Below are positions 33,600 through 47,210 of a stretch of 64,000 nucleotides of DNA, piece by piece; positions within the stretch are counted from its first letter, which is position 1; the number at the start of each line of letters is the position of its first letter. Under the pieces are notes generated by a model. That model was not told where the DNA came from, did no database searches, and saw only the letters and a list, made by a program, of their open reading frames with translations. The stretch is from positions 206,460,001-206,524,000 of the forward strand of contig OX597814.1 of assembly GCA_951406725.2 (NCBI GenBank), given 5' to 3'. A program made the position numbers and the translations under genes. The DNA comes from Octopus vulgaris. Taxonomy: Eukaryota.

Positions 33600-34703
33600 G
33601 TGTGACATGTCCTTCTGCAGCTCATCTCATTAGCAGAGCAGTAGTCATGGGTCAAACATAGAGCAAGGGTCAGCATTTGGCATCTAGAATGTTGTTAGGC
33701 ACTCATTGCATTGTACCAGATGCACAAAATCATTAGCTGGAAAGTAACCCAAGATTTCTATTGGGGATTAGTTGAGGGTGTGAATGAGGATGGCCTAGGA
33801 TTGAATCTAGGCTTCAATGAGAACAGTCTGAGTAGTTTCTTTCAGAGGAACTTTGGGTTGAAGATCATGGACAGTTTCCAAAAGTCTTTGGTATAGCAGT
33901 GCTACAGAGGGGCACTGCCCTTTCGAGACAAGCTATTCAGGCATGGAAGTGCCAACAGTCAAATCTGTTTGAGATGCTTGCAGGGGGATGAAACCATCTT
34001 GCATTCAGTGTCCGTGCATTAGAGAGTTGTGGGAGTGTGTGGAGCAGCTGTTGTTGCATGCAAGATGAATTCAACTGTTTGCTGAGTGTAATGTGAAGGT
34101 CGGCACAACACCACCTTCCTTTTGCAGAGAAGGAAGACAGATCTTTCACTGCTTAGTGGCAGTGGCAAAAGAGGCTGTGTGGTGGACCGATCTGAAAGGT
34201 TTGAAGATCACCAATTTCCTATCTGGTCAAGCCCTTATCAATTTCTTCAAATATTTGAAAAGGAAGGTGTGGGTAGAGAGGGAGGTGCTGCCTTCTAGTG
34301 TGTTTGTCAAAAGCTAGTCGACAGTAGCAAGCCTGGTGAGACAGAATGCATCTACTCTGAATATGCCTTTCTAAGCAGGAGGAAAGAAACTGGAAGAGGG
34401 GCCCTTTCCCATGCCTTGGAAATGGCTGAGTAATCTGGGATTTTTGTGAGGTGTTTACCCAAGATTGCCCTAAGTGGACTGCTATGCTATTGGAAATTCT
34501 ATTTATTGTTCTACTTCCTATTATATATCCTCTGTTATATCCTATAATGTGATAGTATCACACCCTAAATCGATGTTAATTCAATGTTGTTCTAATTTTT
34601 GTTTTGTTGTGTTTTTTTGCATGTGTACTGTAACTCGTCCTTCAATTTTGTCCTCCATGGCTTGTGCCCTTCTGGCTAATAAAAGAAATCCATCATCATC
34701 ATT
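33600..34703 (+). mobile_element. L1/Tx1-clade LINE 3' fragment
   Basis: Degenerate zf-RVT motif (CYRGALPFRDKLFRHG...CLRCLQGDETILH); 3' end aataaaagaaatccatcatcat. Confidence 0.7.
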
Positions 34704-34813
34704 ATATTAACACTGAGGTCATTGTAAGTGATCCTCCCACCAAGATTGCTGCCCTTGTGAAAAATGTGAAACCATTTTTCTTTTTCTTCTTATCATCATC
34801 ATTATTATCATTA

Positions 34814-36196
34814 CTAGCACTATGACCTGGCGTCGCCAAGTCTAGTGCTAATGCTTGTTGTTCATTGCTGGGTCGCAGTAAAAATTTCTCACTAAATCAA
34901 GAGTTAAGTTTCTTATCACATTTCAGCCCGGGCCAGTTTTGTTGTTTTTGAGCTAGTTGGGGCTTTTTATGGGAGTAATTGATATTCATTAGACTTCGCC
35001 GATAAGTTGTTGTTTGTTGGCAGCAGAGATCCAATCAGGTGGTACACTTACCCCTGCACCTTAAAGGTGAGCATCCACCCTTCCGCTTGGACAACTTTGG
35101 CGCCAAAAGATGTCATCTGGAATGCAGAATTGTAGATTCGGATGGCTTGTAGAAAATCCGATGAGCTTGGGACAGTGCCAGTGAGAAGGTCCTGAAGAGG
35201 CTGTGGAGGGTTTTGAAAAGGAGGGAGCTGGACTTTGCCCTTGGAACAGCACATGCTGGGTGTCTCACTGGGCCATTTCATTGCACTGCAATGGTCGTAG
35301 ATTGAGCACATATTTCCAATACGAATGTCAGAGCGAGAGGAGTAGTTCATCGTTGGAACGTAGTTGAAGGCCTTCATGCTCCAGAATTGAGGCTTTGGGC
35401 TTGAAATTTCAACTCTAGCCTCGCACCGCAGATTGTTTCTATTGCCTTGTTCGCCTCTGCTCAGAGGTTTCTGTAGATCATGTGTTGGCCATGGCAGTGG
35501 CATCTTGAGAATGGCAGGCCTGTGTTTGTTCTGTGGTTTCAACTGCCCTTGCATTGGCCATGGCAGTGGCATTCTGAGCTAATCGAGTAGCTCTGTCTTG
35601 GGGCACCTCATTGGCCGTTCTGGCCCTCTTAGCCTCTGAATCAGCTGTCCTTCTTCCAATGCGAGCACTCTTCTTTGGGGGCATTTTAGCAATTTATTGA
35701 AATTAGTGAACTTTAAATGGATTTAGTTTTTGTGGACTAAGTGAGATAGTTTGGGGCAACCGATAAGCACACGATTTTAAGCAATGGCAAAGCAATAATC
35801 AAAATGATAATGGCAGAAGCAGTACCCAGATGGAAAACAAAGGGCTATTTAAAAACAGTAAAAGAATCGTAGACAGGTTGCAAGCACAAAAACTGTCTAC
35901 TGTGCTTGTAGGTTGGTGAAAACAAAAAACGTTGGCTGCTCAAAAGAAGTAGTAATCAAAAAGTGATTTCAAACAGGAAAACATCTATTTTTACTCCAAA
36001 ATTGATGCCGAACTACGGCAAAACAAGAAGCAGTAATCAAAAAGTGATATCAAACACGAAAATGTCTATTTTTTACTCAAAAAAATGATGCTGAACTACA
36101 GCAAATTCTCTAATTAATACTTTGGTTAATCAAAAGAAGCAGTAATCAAAACATGAACTGATATCGAGCACAAAAAGGCTACTTTTATGTAGCAGA
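34814..36196 (-). mobile_element. Internally deleted Helitron
   Basis: Minus-strand 3' hairpin gacttggcgacgccaggtc followed by CTAG|T; candidate 5' A|TC at 36196; retains the RepHel N-terminus; ~78-bp subterminal tandem repeats at 35940-36180. Confidence 0.8.
35010..35684 (-). pseudogene. Helitron RepHel N-terminal region (truncated, frameshifted)
   Basis: IGNMCSIYDHCSAMKWPSETPSMCCSKGKVQLP...FLQAIRIYNSAFQMTSFGA...TFKVQG*VYHLIGSLLP. Confidence 0.88.
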
Positions 36197-36459
36197 TGCT
36201 TTAATAAATTGTTAATTGATGAGTTGCTAGGCAAAAATATGGCCAGGCAACCCAAATAAAAGTGATAGGTAAAGTGGAATTTTATGAACAAAATTTGCAG
36301 TCAGTAACGGAAACCGAGCCACAAAGCATAATTGGGAAAAGTGTTTGAGTCTGGGCAGCAAAGCATGCACCCCAACACTTAATTAAGCACATTGAATCTT
36401 ATTGGATAATGATCTAGTATGCGCAAATCCAAGGTCAAACTTTCTTTCCAGATTCATAA

Positions 36460-39240
36460 TACTGCTGTCCCCCACCCCAGTGTGTCGCTGGTCCACACAT
36501 TCCACAGGCTCACATTGAAAGGCAGGTCTGGTAAGATTGTTCAGATGCTTGAATGGAGACATGTAGATTAGTGCAGCATCCAAGAAGTAAGGTGGAGAGG
36601 AAGTTCTGCCAGGTTCCTCACAGGCAAAGAACATAGGTATAAGATTTTCTGGGTCGGGAACACTGATGGGGTTGGGGGAATGGGTATACTCCTTGCAGAG
36701 AAATGGGTTGTTAAGGTAATCAAGGTAGTCAGAGTCTGTGATAGAATACTTAATCTTAGACTAGTGCTACAGCATGGATTAGCAACCATTGTCTCGGTTT
36801 ATACCCCTCAGCTGGGGCTTTCTGATGAACACAAAGACCAATCTTATGACCCACTCTTGCAGACTACCTCATCAACGAATGACAGGGACCTTCTCTTTGT
36901 GGCTGGTGGCTTCAATGGACATGTTGGATACCATGCAGGGGCTTCTCTGGTGTACATGGTGGCAACAGGTTTGGTTTCCGGAATGAGGAGGGAACCAGGC
37001 TGTTGGAGTTCTGTAATGCAAATGACCTTACAATCTGTAATACTAACTTCAGGAAACCTGTCAGACACCCATTCATCTACCAGTCTGTGGGCACACTAGT
37101 CAGATTGACTACATCCTCACCAGGAAACAGGAAAGATGGCTGCTTATAACTGCCCAGATTTACCAGGTGAAGAATGCATACCACAACATAGATTAGTAGT
37201 TAGTGACTTTGCGATTAGGGCTAAATAGATGCTCAGAAGACGACCAATATAGAAAAGAAGGGTCTGGAAGCTTAAGGATCATCTGAATGGACAGAGATTT
37301 AGAGACGTATTACCGGAAGCTTTTTACAAAATAGAGGAGGATATAGCATCACATTATGTGGAAGACAACAGGAAGTTCAAACAGAACAACGTGTTGAGGG
37401 CTACTGACCAGATCTATGGACGGTGTAAAGTCCCCTCTCTTTCTAAGTTGACATGGTGGTGGAACAATGTAGCTTATGAGGCCATTAGGAAAGAGAATCA
37501 GGCATGTAAGGATGGGAAGTCAGTTGGTGGCAGGGAACTGTATCAGATTGCCACAAGAGAAGCTAGGAGACAAGTTTACTTAGCCAGAGATGAGAAAAAA
37601 TTTGCCAATGTTCTGCTCCATGAGGACCAGAGACTTGAAGTGTTTCGTGCTGCAAGATGTGTGGGAGAGAGAATCATGATGTCATTGGAGAGAACTGTGT
37701 CTGCATGGATGATGGCTCACTTGCATTTAATGAGGCTGCAAAGAGAGAGACACGGAAAAATACTGACCCAACATAGGGACCAGCTATTCAAATTGACAGT
37801 ACCTTGACAGAGAAAGCAATTAAGGGTATGAAGACAAGGAAATCCTCTGGTCCATAAAGAAGTACTGCTGAGATGCAGTATATTCTAGTCATCCATATAG
37901 CCAACCAGGTGATACATGAAGGAGTTATACCCAATGACTGGTGTAGCAGCATAATAGCCAACTGCTACAAAGGTAAAGGTGACGCATTAGATATGGATAA
38001 TTACAGAGGTATCAAGCTGTTGGATCAGCTAATGAAGGTCATGGAGAGGTTCATAGCCCAACTAATTAGGGATAGAGTCAGTTTGGATGAGATGCAGTTT
38101 GGGTTTGTGCCAGGGAGAAACACCACTGATGCCATATTTCTGGTAAGACAGCTGCAGGAGAAATACCTAGCCAAAGATAAACCTCTGTACCTGGCTTTCG
38201 TTGACATGGAGAAAGCCTTCGACAGGGTCCCCGATCCCTTATCTGGTGGCAATGTGTAAACTGGGGATGGATGAGTGGTTGGTGAGAGCCATACAAGCCA
38301 TATACAGGGATGCTGTCAGTAAGGTGAAGGTTAGCAAGGAGTATAATGAAGAATTCTGGGTAGAAGTAGGGGTTCACCAAGGATCAGTCCTCAGCCCCAT
38401 CTTATTCATCAAAGTCTTCCAGGCAATAAAAGAGGAATTCAAGGGAGGCTGCCCCTGGGAGCTCCTCTATGCTGGTGACCTTGCTCTAATAGCTGAGTCC
38501 CTATCAGAACTCGAGAAGTTTCAAGTGTGAAAACAAGGATTAGAATCGAAGGACCTTAGAGTCAACAAAGCTAAAACCAAAGTCTTAATAAGTAGGAAGG
38601 CAGACAAACCACAAATCCCTTCAGGTTGATGGCCCTGCTTGATCTGTAGAAAAGGCATAGATAGAAACTTCATATGATGCACCCAGTGTAAGCTATAGAC
38701 ACATAAGAGGTACAGCAATATCAAAGGAAGGTTAACTGAGAAGATAGTTTTTGTGTGTGGCAGGTGCACAACGGCAATAAACTTCAAAGATGTACAGAAA
38801 ATAGATTTCATCACATTCCAGGGGTAAAACTAGATGCAGTTGACAGATTCTATTGTCTAGCTGACTAAGTCTGTAGTGGGGGTGGTTGCTCTGAGAGTGT
38901 AGCTGCTAGAATAAGAATAGCCTGGGCAAAGTTCAGGGAGCTCTTACGTCTGCTGGTGAAAAAGGGCCTCTCTCTCAGAGTGAAGGTAGACTACATTAAG
39001 TATGTGTGTGAACAACCATGCTACATGGCAGCAAAACATGGGCTGTGACTTCTGAGGACATATGTAGGCTTGAAAGTAATGAAGCCAGTGTGCTCCGCTG
39101 GATATGCAATGTCAGTGTGCATACATGACAGAGTGTAAGCACCCTGAGAGAAAGGCTGAACATAAGAAGCATCAGATGTGGTGTGCAAGAGAAACGACTG
39201 TGCTGGTTTGGTCATGGGTTCCATATGGATGAGAACAGCT
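36460..39240 (+). mobile_element. RTE-clade LINE, degraded APE-RT
   Basis: IQEVRWRG, VAGGFNGHVG, YKGKGDALDMDNYRGIKLL, QFGFVPGR, FVDMEKAFDRVP, GVHQGSVLSP, LLYAGDL. Confidence 0.9.
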
Positions 39241-41455
39241 GTAGATAACCTATGCAATGCATGCATTCGTCAACTCTGCCCAACTTTCAGGAATAGCTTC
39301 CCCTTGGCTCACTTCCACATGAGAGTAGTTGCCCTTTTTGTTACCTTATGCTAGTTTTGGTCTATTTGGATGTCCAGTCCAAACAAGACTCTGAGCAATT
39401 TAACTAGTCCATCCAGCCAGTACTCAATGATGCAGCTGTACAGCATTAACGTGGTTCTTCAGGTGCCAAGTTGCAAGCCCACTGACTTGTTCTGGTTAAT
39501 TTTTGTTCCCGATACTACCTTGTCTCGTAGTCCCTGAGAGTGGAGCCAGTTATCTCAATGTGTTTATTTTTTGTCACCACTACCTTGAGATTGTCAGTAC
39601 GTGCTGACATGTATCTGCCACATCCTAGGTTAAGTGGGATGTCCCTCAACATCTCTAGCTCATGTAGAAGTGACTTGAGAGTCAGTATATAGAATGGGGA
39701 GGAGAAGGGCAACTTTGGTGGACCAAGAACATGATGTTGAATGTTTCTAAGAGGTAACCACTCACTCTGACTACTGAACATATATCACTGTGCATTGCAG
39801 TGATCCTTGAATACAGACCTGAAACCAGCTCCTATAGATTGTCCTAAACTGACCAGGACTTCACCTAGACTCTTTACCCACTTACTCTGTGATGTATCGC
39901 ATAAAGTGGAGGTGTCATGGATGGATCATTCCAGGATGGCGCATGTCTACGCTTCCCCTACCAGATCACCAATGACAAGCACCAACCTCATAGCTAATAT
40001 CTTTGCCACAATTTTGAACTCTGCATTCAGTAGAGTTATGGGCCCAAAGTTATCAATACAATCCCCCTTGGTCAGATTGCTGAACAAGTTGGCATGTAAG
40101 CATAAATCTCGTAGGGCAGACCATTCAAATGAGGCAATTTTACCTCTTGTGCAGCTAGCTATTGCTTCTTGAATTTCAAAAGCACTTATTGGCCTTTTGC
40201 AATGCTCTGCCTTTGTCGCTGAGAGCCACAGCAGTCCATTGAGATAGAAAGTGAAGTCCTTCCCATGACCCAGCTCACTGCTACTCCTGCACAATTAAGT
40301 AAAGCACACTTGAAAAGCCGTACACGTCTGTTTCAGATCAATTATCATTTGCCTATCATGGTCTGGTAAAGATCGGATTGTGGATTTATTACCATGCCAT
40401 GCCTCTGCCACTCACGCCTAATGAATGGCTTTTGTCCCTCCATGTCTAAGATCATAGGCCTCAGCTCTGACAATGCAACAATTGTGTTTCGCATTGTAGA
40501 ATTGGTTGAGCGCCACTCTCACTACAAGCACATCGGTCATAATGTTTTTTCTAAAAGCCTTGTCTAACTTTACTAGCTCTGCTTCTACTCATTTTCTTTC
40601 TACTGCTAATCCTTTGCTAAACGTTATCAATTCTACACTAACTGCCCTTTTCAGGGTGAACAACCATTTATTGCTGGCAATTGACCCTTGCAATACCCAC
40701 TTAATTAATTCGCTAATCCGCACTCTGAAATCTCTGCACATCAGCAATGAAGTGTTCAGCTTCCAGTACCTGAGACCCTGTCTGTGAAGTCAACTGTACA
40801 GATCCCGAATTTGTGGTCTGTGTAGTCAACTACTTTAATATTGTCGATAACCTATACTATCCCTATCTCCTTCTCTACCCTATCTAGATACGATCTGGAA
40901 GACCCAATGCCATACTGGCACATCAGTGAAATTCACTTGATACCAGTCAGATATTTGAAATTATTTGAGCAGATTTGTGAGGCTGTTTCACCCTCCTATC
41001 TGCTAAACCCACACAGTCCCACTGTACATTTAAAATCCCATTCCAATCTCCCACTAACACTAAAGAGTGGGATGTTTCCAGGAAAGTTTCTAGATGCCTG
41101 AAGAAATCTGGTCATCCCACCCCTGTCGGGCAACAAGCCTGACAGTATGTCCTTCATTGCTGATCTTATCCAGCACCACTGACTTATCTTCCAGGTCCAG
41201 GAAAACGGTCCGTATCACAAGATCCAGATTTTTTCAAAGCAACACAGCCACTCCACTCCTTGCTTCCAGATGAATTGGAGATGCATACACCTCATAGTCA
41301 TCGTGAATGAGTTGAAAGTCTTATGATTCAGATATTCTGGTTTCATTAATGGTCACCACATCAACATTCAGTGCCCTGAGGTTGTTGAGCAGGTGACCCT
41401 GCTTCCGTGGTGACCCCAAGTCACATGCACTCACAGTGACTATTCTGAACATGAC
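39240..41455 (-). mobile_element. L1/Tx1-clade LINE ORF2 remnant (APE + RT)
   Basis: MFRIVTV...VVTINETR APE start; NFGPITLLNAEFKIVAKILAMRL RT motif. Confidence 0.8.
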
Positions 41456-41459
41456 AATA

Positions 41460-41960
41460 TTCATCATCATTTAACGTCCGTTTTCCACGCTAGCACAGGT
41501 TGGACGGTTCGACCGGGGTCTGGGAAGCCAGTGGATGCACCAGGCTCCAGTCTGATCTGGCAGTGTTTCTACAGCTGAATGCCCTTCCTAATAATGCCAA
41601 CCACTCCGCGAGTGTAGTGGGTGCTTTTTACGTGCCAGGGGAGTCTGGCATCGGCCACGATCGGTTGGTGTTTTTAATGTGCCACCGGCACGGGAGCCAG
41701 CCAAGGCAGCGCTGGCATCGGTCACGTTCGGATGGTGCTTTTTATGTGCCACTGGCACAGAAGCCAGTCGAGGCGGTGCTGGCATTGGCCACATTCGGAT
41801 GGTGCTTTTTATGTGCCACCAGCACAGGTATCACAACTACTATTTCCATTGATATTTATTCGATGTTCATGTACTTGACTCAATAGGTCTCCTCAAGCAC
41901 AGCGGGATGTTCTGGAATCCAAGGTACTTTGAATGGGCAGGGGCTACGCAGAACTGGTGC
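41460..41960 (-). mobile_element. SINE-like element with (CAT)n RTE-type tail and internal tandem repeats
   Basis: catcatcatttaacgtccgttttccacgctagcacaggttggacgg; internal ggatggtgctttttatgtgccac repeats; related copies at 44288, 50870, 52841 and 63600. Confidence 0.75.
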
Positions 41961-42369
41961 AGGAATTGTTGGGAAAATATTGGAAATGAAAAAAAAAAAC
42001 TTACTTGGTTTTGTTTGGAGGGGGGGGCAGGTGTATCCCCACCCCAACCTCAATGCATTTTTGAGTGAATTGCTTTCTACTTTGTAATGTTGCTGTATTT
42101 ACTTTGTATTTGCTGCTGCTGCTGCAACTCCTGCTGTTGTTGTTGTGTGTGGTGTTGTTGGTTGAGGATGTCCTCTCAACCTGCTCCTAACCAATACAAG
42201 TTGTGATGCATGAGCCTGGTGTACCCTTATCAGATGGGTAGTCATGAAGGGTATACTGGGCTTCATATATTCATACCCCAGTGTCACTTTGATGGCATGC
42301 ACTGCTCTCTCACTCAACAACAACAACAATAATAATGATAATAATAATAATAATAATTTGATGAAGCCA

Positions 42370-42950
42370 TTGCCCTTACTGTGAATGAATGCTCTCAACA
42401 TGCCCCAAACCAATATGAGTTGTGGTGACATGATGAGGTTACAAAAGTGCTGCATTGGAAACTGAGGAAAGTTGGGGTTAGAGAGAAGCAAAACATGGTA
42501 CAAACAGAAACCACAGAGAATCACTGAGTCAGAGACCTGTAAAATCTTGTGGGATTTTTCAATGCAGAAAGGGCCAAGTGCTTGAGTACAACAAGCCAGA
42601 CCTGGTCGTTGTGGACAAGGTGAACCACATGTGCTCTATAACTGATGTTGCATATGCATTTGACCCACAATTAGTTAGATGAACAAGTAGACAATCCTCT
42701 TAAATGTGCTTGACAGTGAAAGATGGAGATAGTACTAATTATTATTGGGGCCCTGGGGACAGTATCAGAAGATATTAAGAGGAAATGAGGACAGAGCGCC
42801 GAGTAGAGCTGTTACCAAATGTCTGCCTCCTTGTCACATCCATTATCATCAAGAAAATATTACATGGCTGAACAGAAGAGATAGCATGGTACCGTAGGCT
42901 GCGGATAGCAAGCCTCCAGGAGTTCCAACAAAACCTGATTTAAAACAATG
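42370..42950 (+). mobile_element. R4/Dong-type RLE non-LTR retrotransposon 3' fragment
   Basis: Degenerate (R)HDEV..VLHWKL, WYKQKP, KILWDF and NKPDLVVVDK restriction-like endonuclease motifs; next to (AAT)n. Confidence 0.75.
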
Positions 42951-43007
42951 CTAATAACTGACTCTGATAGGTAGACTAGACAAAGAGAGCAGAAAAAAAT
43001 TACTTAC

Positions 43008-43241
43008 CATACGCCTCTTTAAAACTTACAATGTAAGTATCAGAGGTTTGTTGTTGAACTGAAGAAATATCTCCACCAGAACTTCTTTTACTGTTTCCAA
43101 AATATCTTCGAAGACTGTCAGAGCTGACATTTGAAGAAACGTTTTTCACTTCAACACTGTTTATTTCCTTAATTCTTTCAACTTTCAGTTGATTTCCTTT
43201 TAAGCATTTTTTTTGGCACATCCTCTGAACATCCTCAAAAT
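43008..43241 (-). CDS. Internal exon (234 nt, phase 1-1) of a PARP14/PARP10-like tandem-RRM protein gene
   Basis: tgcag| acceptor and |gtaagt donor; encodes DFEDVQRMCQKKCLKGNQLKVERIKEINSVEVKNVSSNVSSDSLRRYFGNSKRSSGGDISSVQQQTSDTYIVSFKEAY, with the LxxYFxNxxRSxGG motif of PARP14/PARP10/NMI-type RRMs. Confidence 0.8.
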
Positions 43242-43404
43242 CTGCAATAAATACAATGAATGGAAATACATTTTGGTAAAAGAATCAAATTGAAGTCAAT
43301 TTACTGATGTTTTAACACATTTTACTTTTAAATGATTTTGAGAATTCTTCAAATTTGGAGATTTTAGCATTAAAATGCAGTTCCAATTATTTAACAACTC
43401 CATA

Positions 43405-43835
43405 TAGGCACAGGTGTGGCTGTGTGGTAAGATGGTTGCTTCCCAGCCATATGGTTCTGGGTTCAGTCCCACTGTATAGCACTTGGAACAAATGTATTCT
43501 ACTATAGCCTTGGGTTAACCAAAGCCTTATGAGTGGATTTGGTAGACGAAGACTGAAAGAAGCCATCTGTCTGTCTGTATGTTACTGTCTCCTTGCTTGT
43601 TGTAAACGAGTGTCCCTGTCATACAAGCAGTGTCCTTCATTTCCAATCTTCCTTAAAACATGTCTGGTCACTGGGAAACATTACCTTACTTGGAAATAGG
43701 TGAAGGTTGGCAACATGAAGGGCATCCAGCTGCAGAAAATCCAACTCATCATCAAATTTTGTCCAACCCATGCAAGCATGGAAAAGCAGACGTTAAAACA
43801 GTGATGCTGATCATTATGATGGTGATGATGATGAT
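43405..43835 (+). mobile_element. tRNA-derived SINE with RTE-type (GAT)n tail
   Basis: Head ggctgtgtggtaag...gggttcagtcccactg; tail ccaacccatgcaagcatggaaaagcagacgttaaa...gatgatg. Confidence 0.8.
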
Positions 43836-44287
43836 GTGTCCTTTAGTAAATGTTTACTCATCCTTAAATGTAAAAGGTATTTCTATTTAGGGATAAATAA
43901 AGTGTAAAACATAAGAAACAAAATTTGATTAAGCAGATTTATGATGAAAGACAATCCAGCCATGACCATTCCAATATCTAGAATGGTAGCTTCTGTTTTG
44001 AAGAAGGCAGGGTGTAATGGGAGGGATACTTTCCTGCTATTTCTATCAGCCTGAGCAACTGTGTAAAGGTCTTCAGATCCTTAAAAGTGTGTGTTTTAAG
44101 GTAGAGATGGGAATTTCAACATTTCTCGTCTGGGCTCATTCTTGTATTCTAGAATATTGTACTTTGGTTAAAGACATGACAATATCAGAGACAAGTTAGA
44201 GATGAAGTTATTTAGACAAAAAAAACAAAAAAAAACAAACTATTTCACTAAAAATACATATAACTACCCAACCATTTCTAAAGATAT

Positions 44288-44660
44288 ATCATCATTGGAT
44301 ATTTAAGTTCTGTTGTCCATGCTGGCATGGGTTGGACGGTTTGACTGGGCTGGCATGCTGGAAGGCTGCATCAGACTCACTCCAGTCTGATTTGGTATGG
44401 TTGTCTATGGCTGAATACCCTTCCTAACGCCAACCACTCCGAGAGTGTAATGGGTCCCTTAACATGCCTTTATGTATCTTCCCAAACATGACATAATACC
44501 AAAAGCCTTGGTCATTGCCTCTATGAGGCCTAACACTCGAAAACGACTCAGCCACTTTGCCTCCGTGAGGCCCAACATTCAAAGGATGCTCTTTAGGTGC
44601 CACCAGCTCAGGTGCACTTGGCTTGACGGATCCTCTCAAGCACAGCACATCCCTAAATGT
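44288..44660 (-). mobile_element. SINE-like element, (CAT)n-tail family
   Basis: tccatgctggcatgggttggacggtttgactgg matches 41460 and 52841. Confidence 0.7.
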
Positions 44661-44665
44661 CTCTT

Positions 44666-44876
44666 GATTTCAAATTGTGACACAAGGCCAGCAATTTGGA
44701 GGGAAGGGTTAGTTGATTGCATTGACCCCAGTATTCAACTGGTACTTATTTCTTGAACCATGAAAGGACGAAAGGCAAAGTTATTCTCAGCAGAATTTGA
44801 ACACAAAGCATGAAGACAGATGAAATGCAGCTAAGCATTTTGTCCAGCATGCTAACAATTCGACCATCTGGCCACT
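44666..44876 (-). mobile_element. tRNA-derived SINE (dispersed relative of the satellite unit)
   Basis: tttcaaattgtgacacaaggccagcaattt...gaccccagtattcaactggtacttattt, then gaatttgaac (B box, reversed) and gctaacaattc (A-box region, reversed). Confidence 0.8.
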
Positions 44877-45148
44877 TTCTTCAATTCCGATATTTATTGA
44901 AAGTTATCAAAGCAAGAAGCAGTGTGTTAAATATACTTGCTGCTCTCGCTTTTTTTTTTCTATGAACTTATTGATAATATAAAGAATCCAGAAAATATTA
45001 AGAAATGTTTAATCCTTGAACATTTAAGCAAACCATATCTGGCCTCTCACACCAACCCTACAACATCATTCTGAAAATTAACATTTAGCTCATCAAAATC
45101 TCAAAGCTATAAGATAATACATTATTAATTCAAAACAATCTGAATAAA

Positions 45149-47210
45149 TGTTGTAAACCAATGTTAGACTGTTATAACATCCACTCCGGTACAGTTGTAT
45201 AGTTAGTTGGACAAGTAAAGACAGGCCTATCTATGACTGACTATTCCAACTGCTTGATGTCACAGTATTTGTAATGATTAGCACATACCACTCATCACGT
45301 GGGAAGGGTGTTCCATTATTGCCATTGTCCTCATAACATCTCCCCTTTTAAGTTTCTTTTTCTTTCTTAGGGAATGTAATTTTATTTCTTTTTATTAACA
45401 ATCATTTTTACATCACTCTACCTACCTTTTTTGAGTTTTTTTCATACAGTTACATATTTATAATTCTTTTGCATTTGGCATTCACTTTCAGGAACTCCCT
45501 ATATTTTCTTTTCCTTATACTTGTGCATCTTGGTTCAATTGTTTGTAGTGGCATTGGTACTTGAAAAGTATCATAGAACCATTCTATTGGTTCTTCCATT
45601 CTCTTGGGTTCATTCTCAACGAATCTTTTTTTTTTAGTTGATTCACATGTCTCTTGTATACCATTTTCCTTCCTTTTAGAGCAAGTATAGCATTGTTCCA
45701 ATGCGTTTGGTAATCAAGCCATCTTCCCAACTTTGTTTTCTGATCTTATATGCCCTAACAAATACATCTTCACCAATTTTGTTAAATGTTTTGCTGTATT
45801 TTCCATTGCAATTTTCCATTTCTTGCCAGATAGTAATTTGTCAAAGACTGATTTGATTTTCCTCACAAACATCAGCTCCACTGCTGACATACCTGCTGGT
45901 GTGTTTGGATCTGATGTCACATGGTATACTCTTAAGAATTGTTGTAAAACTATCTCATCCTTGACTTCCTTATTCAACTTCCTTAGGCCTCTTTTGAATG
46001 TATCAAATTCTGCTTATCTATTAAATCTGGGATGGTATGGCACAGTAGTTACATGTTCTACGGGGAACATTTTACAAAACTTTTAAATTCAAGACATGAA
46101 TTGCATTCCATTGTCAGACACTGTTGTGTCTGGAATGCCAAATCTCGCAAACAGCTCATGTAGAAAGTTTGTTGTAGTTGAGGAGGTTGGGTTTTTACAC
46201 TTACAAATTTCGGACCATTTACAGAAACTATTTACTACCACTAAGTAGTGTGAACCGTTTCAGGGACCAACGAAATCAATGTGTAATCTTGACCAGGGGA
46301 CATCTACCTTTGGCCAAGGTTCACTTTTTATTGTCGGTAATTTTGCTGCTAGGGCACATCCTCTGCAACCTTACACTAAATTTTCAATTTCTCTATTTTG
46401 TAGCATGGTTTCTGTACATGACACCTTGGTGTCATGCACTGATAACAGTGTGATACACGTAGCGCAGTTGACATCAACTGTCTCCACATGATGTATTCCC
46501 AAATACTCTGCCAACAACTGTAACCAATCCAAAACAACTCTCAACGAACTATAACAACTTCTCAACAATTTCCTGTGACTCCATGAACTCACGAACGACA
46601 CCTTTCAACTTCCTGCAATTTCTCATCTCTTGCTCTCAGTCAAACACGCTGCTACTTATATGAGTTTGACCAGTCCATTCTCACAGGGGGTGTCATGATT
46701 CTCGCCATAACACTCTATCCATTTTTGGCCAGTACACGTAGCTATACATTAAAGTTTTCATCCTTGAAATACCAGGATGTCCAACATGGAATTCCCTCAA
46801 CATTTTCTTTTGCAATGCTTCCCGTATTACTACTCTCTGGGCATACAATTTATACACCATCACAAATTGAGTATAGGTTTACATCTTGCTTTTGTTTCAC
46901 ACCAATCTTGTTCCTATTTACTCTTCCTGTCTACAGTATTATTTTCATTTCTGTTATGAATTTCCACATTTCATTTTATGTCTTCTAGTGTCACCAGTAA
47001 TTCACTTAACAATCCCACAATACATTTTTATTTCTTCTTCTGCTGTTAAATGGCTCACAGTGTTTCAGTGTCCTTCTAGACAAACCATCCACATTCCCTA
47101 GTTTTTTCATGGTAAATATTCCATTTTGTAGTCATACTTCAATTATGAAATGCCCCACTGCTGTTATCTATTCACTGAGTGTGTTGATATTCCTTTTTTA
47201 GAACCATATA
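45149..47210 (-). mobile_element. Gypsy LTR retrotransposon remnant: 3' LTR (~45149-45338), PPT, integrase and RNase H debris
   Basis: Minus-strand aaaaggggagaTGT PPT-LTR junction; integrase motifs FARFGIPDTTVSDNG and HVTTVPYHP; an unrelated insert at ~46400-46700. Confidence 0.75.

Noticed and set aside
42180-42320. Possible ribozyme in the repeat next to (AAC/AAT)n (minus strand has ctgataag and gaag)
   Set aside because: I could not assemble canonical HHR helices or an HDV pseudoknot by eye.
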